Assembly (NCBI GenBank): GCA_002269645.1
Contig: NIVC01003590.1
Coordinates: 1-64,000 of the forward strand
Source of the DNA: Macrostomum lignano
Taxonomy: Eukaryota
Direction: 5' to 3'
Length of the DNA stretch: 64,000 nucleotides
The translations under genes were made by a program, and so were the position numbers. The notes beneath the pieces are model-generated. The model saw only the letters and a list, made by a program, of their open reading frames with translations. It had not been told where the DNA came from and ran no database searches. Shown here piece by piece: positions 56,386-64,000 of the stretch. Position 1 is the first letter of the stretch, and every line of letters begins with the position of its first letter.

Positions 56386-59300
56386 TCAGACCCAGTCGCT
56401 TCGGCAGAACAGCAGCAGGTAGTGGCTCCGCCGGCCGTCCTCAAAGTGCGAGTTGAAGAACTTTTTGCGCAGGGTGAAGCCGCGAGTCTCCAGCAGGCCG
56501 CGCAGGCGGGGCAGCAGCGAGTCGAACAGCAGGATGTGCGACGGCCGCCGCTCGGTGTCCAGCAGGCGGGAGGCGAAGCCGGCGGGGTCGCTGTAGAAGG
56601 CCTCCTGCTCCTCGACGTAGCCCGGCTGGTCCCGCCAGTTGGGCGAGCAGTCCAGAGTCCGAGTGCTGACGTTGCTATGGAGATGGGAATAGAGCGGAGT
56701 GGAGTGACAGGGCGCCAGGAACAGAAAGTGCAGGTCGGGATCCAGGTGCGCGGGGACACCGGTCCTGGTGAGGCGCAGCTCCGCGTCCTTGCCCAGGTGG
56801 TTCACCGCGTCCAGAGGCCCGCGCTGGTGGATGAGGCAGAAGTACAAGGCGGCTGGGATGCCCAGGCAGCAAAGGCAGGCAACAGCGGCTTTGCGCAGGG
56901 CGGGGCCGAGCTCGCTGAGGCAGAGGCCGCACTGGTGCATCATCAGCGGCAGCAGCGGGAACACGAAGCGGAACTCCTTGTGGGCCAGGAAGCTGCGGGG
57001 TGGGGCGGAGCGTGGCTGTACAGGACATTGAAATCTGTACAAGATATTGAATCTGTACAAGATATTGAATCTGTACAATATATTCCAATATGTACAAGAT
57101 ATTGAATCTGTACAAGATATTCCAATATGTACAAGATATTGAATCTGTACAAGATATTGAATCTGTACAAGATATTGAATCTGTACAAGATATTGAATCT
57201 GTCGAGACATAGAAATCTGTAACTGATATTGCAATATGTACAAGATATTGCAATGTGTACAAGATGTAGAATCTGTACAAAATTCAATTTTGTACAGAAT
57301 GTTCTACAAAGAATTACACTCTGTACAAGATATTAAAAACTGTACAAAATATCGATATTACAAGATATTACAAGATATTAGAAGCTGTAGATGTGGAATC
57401 TGTACAAGATTTTCCAAACTTTACAAGATATTACGTCATTCAGCTGTACAATGTCATCTACAATATGCAAACAAACAGTAAACAGTGGGAATGTACAAAA
57501 GCACCAGCAGACCCACCTGTACACATACAGCGTCCAGATCACCAGCAGGGTCAGCGCGGTTTCTACACGCCGCCTCTGCCTCCAGCTCTGATAGCTGGCG
57601 TACAGGTACAGCGGCAGGTGCGGGCCCAGGATGGCCGGTATTCCTGAAATTTCATTTGGTAATAAAATAATCATTCTTGCAAAACGCGCACCAGCTACTT
57701 TAAATTAAATCGAAAGTAGCTATCGAAAACCAGCTACTTTCTCGATGAATTCCCATAAATCTCGATGATTTCCCATAAATCTTGATGATTTCCCATAAAT
57801 CTTGATGATTTCCCATAAATCTTGATGATTTCCCATAAATCTTGATGATTTCCCATAAATCTTGATGATTTCCCATAAATCTTGATGATTTCCCATAAAT
57901 CTTGATGATTTCCCATAAATCTTGATGATTTCCCATAAATCTTGATGATTTCCCATAAATCTTGATGATTTCCAATTAACCTCTATGATTTCTCATAAAT
58001 CCTGGTGAGATGCCAGGCCGCTCACCCTGCGTGATGTACCAGTGCCACGGGTGCACCCCATAGAACGAGCCGATGTCGCTCAGCAGATTGTAGTGCAGAA
58101 AGTTGAGCTGGGACAGGGTCCAGCGGCCATAGTAGTGTTTGTCAGCCAGGCCGCTCACCGCCAGCACCAGCAGGCCAGTGGCGCCATAGAGCGCCAACAC
58201 GCGCCCCAGCCGACGCCGACTCCGCGCCGCGTGCCACAGGCAGAGCATCAGCCAGGGCACCGCCGAGGTCGGCCGGAGTGCGCAAGCGGCGGCGACCGCC
58301 AGGGCGAATTTCCACTGGGCCTTGCGGCTCTGCGCCTCGGGCCACGGGTAATAGTACAGGCCCACTGTGGTCAGCAGCCACTCCACGCAGTTCGACAGCG
58401 TCCGAGGCGCGGTGTACAGGGTGAACCAGTTCAGCAGCTGGCAGATCAGCGCCCACTGGGCAGCCCGCTGACCGGCCACTCGCCGGCTGAAGCGGTACAG
58501 GTAGAAATCCGCCACGGCGGCCAGGCAGGCCTGCAGCAGCCGCGGCAGCTTCGCCACGGCCAGCCGGCTGTCCGCTCCGGCCAGCTGCAGCAGCTTGAAC
58601 AGCAGGGCGAAGGCGCCCGGGTACAGCGGGCTGCGCAGCCCCGCCTGCCACTCCCAGGTCAGGTGGCCGTAGCCGAAGGCCGACCTGCAGTTTGGGGGGG
58701 TGCTCGACACTGTCACTCTGGCAACCTGACATATTGTCATTCTGGCACACTGTCACTCTGACATACTGTCGATCTGGCACACTGTCACTCTGACACGCTG
58801 TCACTCTGGCACACTGTCACTCTGGCAAACTGTCACTCTGACACACTGGCATACTATTTACTCTGGCACACTGGCATACTATTTACTCTGACACACTGGC
58901 ATACTATTTACTCTGGCACACTGGCATACTGTCACTCTGGAAACCTGGCATACTGTCATTCTGGCACACTGTCACTCTGACACACTGTCACTCTGGCACA
59001 CTGTCACTCTGACACATTGTCACTCTGGCACACTGTCACTCTGACACACTGTCACTCTGGCACACTGTCACTCTGGCACACTGTCACTCTGGTTCACAGT
59101 CACTCTACCGCCCGCATACCAACCTGTGCGCCACCTCCACAGACTGCCAGAACTCGTCGGGCACAAAGTGCGTGTGCAGCAGCAGGGCGTTGGCGCAGCG
59201 GAACGCCACCAGCGACAGGAACAGGCCGCGCTCGGTCAGCAGCGACCGCCGCAGCGGCTCGGGCCCGACAGTCTCCGACGGCTCGATGGCTGCGTCCCGG

Positions 59301-59485
59301 TCCTCCTTAGTGGCCTCCGGGCCCCACCACAGCCGGCCGAGCAGAGACTCTCCGGCGCCGGCCTGCTGGCCGGATCGGCGCGAGCGCTGCGCCCGACTGG
59401 CGCGGCTGCGCACGTAGGCGCTGGCGTGGCTGCAGCGACCGGCGGAGGCGGCCGCGGACAGCGAATTGCCGCCGCCACCGCTCAT
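56386..59485 (-). CDS. PIGB: GPI mannosyltransferase III, about 584 aa; exons 59485-59124, 58684-58026, 57643-57517, 56992-56386
   Basis: FVPDEFWQSVEVAH, GYGHLTWEW..LRS, RTLSNCVE, RPT, FYGVHPWHWY, HKEFRFVFP, HQRG. Junction phases 2, 1, 2 are consistent. Confidence 0.95.
57015..57470. repeat. Array, 18-bp GATATTGAATCTGTACAA, degenerating (PIGB intron 3)
   Basis: Tandem copies. Confidence 0.9.
57745..57975. repeat. Minisatellite, 20-bp CTTGATGATTTCCCATAAAT (PIGB intron 2)
   Basis: Tandem copies. Confidence 0.95.
58705..59100. repeat. Array, about 18-bp CACTGTCACTCTGGCACA (PIGB intron 1)
   Basis: Tandem copies. Confidence 0.92.
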
Positions 59486-59514
59486 GACCGGCCGGCTGGG
59501 CTGCAATGGTAGAC

Positions 59515-60055
59515 AAGGTAGATAAATTGGTAGATATAGTAGACAGATTAGTAGATACGACAGATGAATTGGTAGATATGGTGGACGGATTAGTAGATAT
59601 GGTGGATGAATTGGTAGATATGGTAGACAGATTGCTAGAGATGGTGGACGGACTGGTAGATTTGCAGAATTTTGTGCAATAAGTGGTAGATAGATATAGT
59701 AGACAGATAAGTAGATACGACAGATGAATTGGTAGATATGGTGGACAGATTGGTAGATATGGTGGATGAATTGGTAGATATGGTGGATGAATTGGTAGAT
59801 ATGGTGGATGAATTGGTAGATATGGTGGATGAATTGGTAGATATGGTGGATGAATTGGTAGATATGGTGGATGAATTGGTAGATATGGTGAATGAATTGG
59901 TAGATATGGTGGATGAATTGGTAGATATAGTGGATGAATTGGTAGATATAGTGGATGAATTGGTAGATATGGTGGATGAATTGGTAGATATGGTGGATGA
60001 ATTGGTAGATATGGTAGACAGATTGCTAGAGATGGTGGACGGACTGGTAGATTTG
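59515..60055. repeat. Minisatellite, 21-bp GGTAGATATGGTGGATGAATT upstream of PIGB
   Basis: Tandem copies. Confidence 0.93.
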
Positions 60056-60625
60056 CAGAATTTGCAGAATCTGTAAATAGAAAAAGTAAAGTAGATAAAT
60101 TAAATAGTAGGCAAAATAGTAGACAAAGTAGACAAAAATGGTAGACAGTTTATCTGTATGTATTACGCCAGAACATGCCAGACAAATTCTGTTACAAGTG
60201 AAATCCCATATCCCAGCCCCGGCAACAGCAGGGAACGAGAGATGAACAAGCCGGGTGCAGCAGCCAAGTCCGGTCAGGGGCGCCCAGGACCTCTGCTGCT
60301 GCACGATTTCGGATTGGAAAGACATTCACAAAAAATTATTGAAAAATTGAAATAAAACTCAGAAAATGACGGCCTCAGATCTGAAAATGAGCCTGGAGAG
60401 CCATCGGGTCTGGATAAAACGGGCGCAATGCCAAGCTCTACTAATACATAAAATATCTTCTCGATGGTAAAAATGGGTCAGGGACTCTGCAAAGGAATTT
60501 AAGAAGCTCAGGGTGCGTCTTTTGCTGTCGCTATGCGGGCAGCAGACCAAAAATCGATATAAATTTAGTCACGAACTCAAAGCTCGCAGAGCTCATAGAA
60601 TTGTTAGTCTTGCGCAATTGGCGGT

Positions 60626-62410
60626 TCACAGGTGGGCGGCGGCAGGCGGCAGCGGCCAGCAGATTTTCTCGCCAACTTTGATGGTGCGGAACTCCGCCAC
60701 GTTCTGCCGCCTCTGCCTCGCCTCCTCCATGGCTTCGCGAAGGTCCTCTGGCGGCTGCAGCAGGCCCTGGGGGTGTGGGTTGGACACTTCCTATGGTGCA
60801 GTTATGGCAGAGCATCCTATACCCTAGTAACCCCGAACCCAAGCAACCCCACATCCTAGCAGACCCACACCCCGACAACCCCACACCCTAGCAACTCCAC
60901 ACACTAGCAACACCACACCCTAGCAACCCCACACCCTAGCAACCCAACACCCTGCAACCCCACACCCTGGCAACCCCACACCCTAGCAACCCAACACCCT
61001 AGCAACCCAACACCCTGGCAACCCCACACCCTAGCAACCCCACACCCTAGCAATCCAACACCCTAGCAACCCAACACCCTAGCAACCCAACACCCTAGCA
61101 ATCCAACACCCTAGCAACCCCACACCCTAGCAACCCCACACCCTAGCAATCCAACACCCTAGCAACCCAACACCCTAGCAACCCCACACCCTAGCAACCC
61201 GACACTCTAGCAATCCAACACACTAACAAACCCACACCCTAGCAACCCCACACCCTAGCAACCCCACACCCTAGCAGCCCCACACCCTAGCAACCCCACA
61301 CCCTAGCAACTCCACACCCTAGCAACCCCACACCCTAGCAACCCCACACCCTAGCAACCCCACACCCTAGCAACCCCACACCCTAGCAGCCCCACACCCT
61401 AGCAACCCCACACCCTAGCAACTCCACACACTAGCAACACCACACCCTAGCAACCCCACACCCTAGCAACCCAACACCCTGCAACCCCACACCCTGGCAA
61501 CCCCACACCCTAGCAACCCAACACCCTAGCAACCCAACACACTAACAAACCAACACCCTAGCAACTCCACACCCTAGCAACTCGACACCCTAGCAACCCC
61601 ACACCCTAGCAACCCCACACCCTAGCAACCCCACACCCTAGCAACCCCACACCCTAGCAACCCCACACCCTAGCAACCCTACACCCTAGCAACCCCACAC
61701 CCTAGCAACCCAACACCTCGACAACCCCACACCCTGTCAACCCCACACCCTAGCAACCCAACACCCTAGCAACCCAACACACTAACAAACCAACACCCTA
61801 GCAACCCCACACCCTGGCAACCCCACACCCTAGCAACCCCACACCCTAGCAACCCCACACCCTAGCAACCCCACACCCTAGCAGCCCCACACCCTAGCAA
61901 CCCCACACCCTAGCAACTCCACACACTAGCAACACCACACCCTAGCAACCCCACACCCTAGCAACCCCACACCCTAGCTACCCCACACCCTAGCAACCCC
62001 ACACCCTAGCAGCCCCACACCCTAGCAACCCCACACCCTGCAACCCCACACCCTGGCAACCCCACACCCTAGCAACCCAACACCCTAGCAACCCAACACA
62101 CTAACAAACCAACACCCTAGCAACTCCACACCCTAGCAACTCCACACCCTAGCAACCGCACACCCTAGCAACCCCACACCCTAGCAACCCCACACACTAA
62201 CAAACCAACACCCTAGCAACCCCACATCCTGGCAAACACACACTTTGGCAACCCCACACCCTAGCAGCTCACAAGTGCGCAATGCCGCTCACCTCTCGAG
62301 TTGTCATCCTGAAGGCGCCCCAGTGGATGCCCACAGACAGTTTGCTGCGGACCTCCTGGTGGATGATCACCGCCTCACTGGGACACGCGTGCTGCACTGA
62401 GAAAACTTCT
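60626..62410 (-). CDS. NAPEPLD: NAPE-PLD-like metallo-beta-lactamase-fold hydrolase, last two exons (62410-62293, 60766-60626); 5' part outside window
   Basis: QHACPSEAVIIHQEVRSKLSVGIHWGAF matches QHVDPEEAV.IH..V....S.AIHWGTF. Next exon LLQPPEDLREA..FRTIKVGE matches EPP..L..A..F..L..GE. GAG|GTGAGC..CCCCCAG|GGC, phase 0. Confidence 0.8.
60835..62265. repeat. Minisatellite, 16-bp AGCAACCCCACACCCT (NAPE-PLD last intron)
   Basis: About 90 tandem copies. Confidence 0.96.
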
Positions 62411-62794
62411 CTGTAGAAAGAGATTAATGGCAGAAAAATGAGCTGTGTCAATGGAATTACAGCACACCGAGAGAACCCGGTTGTCACTCACCGGGGCTCA
62501 TAGCAGCCAATTGGAATGGCGGACAGGCTGAAAGGCCCGAAATTCTGGCCTAAAAAGGTCAAATCGATCAGCTGCTCTGATTCACTTTAATAACCATCTA
62601 AATTGCCTTCTATTCAGAATTGAATAAATATCAAATATGAAATCCGCTCAGTCCTTAGCAACCGCACGCACACAGGGAGTACATCTGCCTGACATTCTCA
62701 CCGTCAAGCTGCAGTGAGCACGTCAATCTGTGCACCAGGGGATCCAACTTCAAGAGCACAAATCGCACGAGTCGCAGGCCAACTTCCCTACACA

Positions 62795-63945
62795 AGCAAC
62801 TCCACACACTGGCAACACCACACACTAGCAACCCCACACCCTAGCAACCCCACACACTAGCAACGCCACACCCTAGCAACGCCACACCCTAGCAACGCCA
62901 CACCCTAGCAACGCCACACCCTAGCAACCCCACACACTAGCAACCCCACTCCTAGAAACCCCACACACTAGCAACCCACACCCTGGCAACCCCACACCCT
63001 GGCAACCCCACACCCTAGAAACTCCACACACTAGCAACCCCACACCCTAGAAACCCCACACACTAGAAACCCCACACCCTAAAAACCCCACACACTAGCA
63101 ACGCCACACCCTAGCAACGCCACACCCTAGCAACCCCACACCTTAGCAACCCCACACATTAGAAACCCCACTCCTAGAAACCCCACACCCTAGAAACCCC
63201 ACACACTAGAAACCCCAACACCCTAGCAACCCCACACACTAGCAATCCCACACCCTAGAAACCCCACACACTAGCAATCCCACACACTAGCAACCCCACA
63301 CACTAGCAACTCCACACACTAGCAACCCCACTCCTAGAAACCCCACACACTAGCAACCCCACACACTAGCAACCCCACACACTAGAAACCCCACACCCTA
63401 GAAACCCCACACCCTAGAAACCCCACACACTAGCAACGCCACACCCTAGCAACGCCACACCCTAGCAACCCCACACACTAGCAACTCCACACACTAGCAA
63501 CCCCACTCCTAGAAACCCCACACACTAGCAACCACACACTCTAGCAACCCTACACCCTAGAAACCCCACACACTAGCAACCCCACAACCTAGAACCCCAC
63601 ACACTAGAAACCCACACACTAAAAACCCCACACCCTAGAAACCCCACACCCTAGAAACCCCACACCTTAGATTGGCCTAGAAAACCCCACACCCGAGAAA
63701 CCCCACACACTAGAAACCCCACACCCAAGAAACCCCACACCTTAGAAACCCCACACCCAAGAAACCCCACACCCTAGAAACCCCACACCCTAAAAACCCC
63801 AAACCCTAGAAACCCCACACCCTAGAAACCCCACACCCTAGAAACCCCACACCCTAGAAAACCCACACACTAGAAACCCCACACCCTAGAAACCCCACAC
63901 ACTGGAAACCCTACACCCTAGAAACCCCACACACTAGCAACCACA
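62795..63945. repeat. Minisatellite, 16-bp AG(C/A)AACCCCACAC(C/A)CT
   Basis: Same family as 60835-62265, more diverged. Confidence 0.95.
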
Positions 63946-64000
63946 CACAAAACCGGGCCAAATTGTGCTCAGGCCCCAGGTTAACGCGACTCAGGGCTCC

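Noticed and set aside
62670-62790. Possible further NAPE-PLD exon (TAG|GG ... GACG|GTGAGA)
   Set aside because: No frame matches the expected DLAAIPIGAYEP motif, and the phase-compatible frame contains a stop.
60835-63945. True telomere
   Set aside because: The unit is 16 bp rather than TTAGGG, and it is interrupted by a coding exon.

Overview
Eukaryotic (animal) genomic DNA, not prokaryotic. GC-rich exons with GT-AG introns are interleaved with about 40 different tandem minisatellite arrays and an AT-rich transposon graveyard (about 30.4-35.2 kb). The style, together with an intronless divergent EGFR, suggests a free-living flatworm such as Macrostomum (inference). Most long ORFs in the supplied track are artefacts of repeat arrays. 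Genes reconstructed by hand, with splice phases checked: 3' part of APEX2 (+), an RXR-type nuclear receptor with a degenerate ligand-binding domain (+), a divergent POT/SLC15-like transporter (-), a 185-aa orphan (-), an EGFR-family kinase with intronless CDS (-), a 3-exon orphan of about 414 aa (-), ZDHHC3/7 (+), a 16-exon receptor of about 1920 aa with 12 C-type lectin domains (-), PIGB (-), and the last two exons of a NAPE-PLD-like gene (-). Mobile DNA: a Penelope-like fragment with hammerhead-like motifs, a hAT-like MITE with an 8-bp TSD, a tRNA/CORE-like SINE and hAT termini. Most striking: nearly every long intron is filled by its own private minisatellite, and several units consist of splice-signal words (TACTAAC, CTAAY, GTGAG). 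Two genes carry single-base frameshifts in C runs, probably assembly errors.
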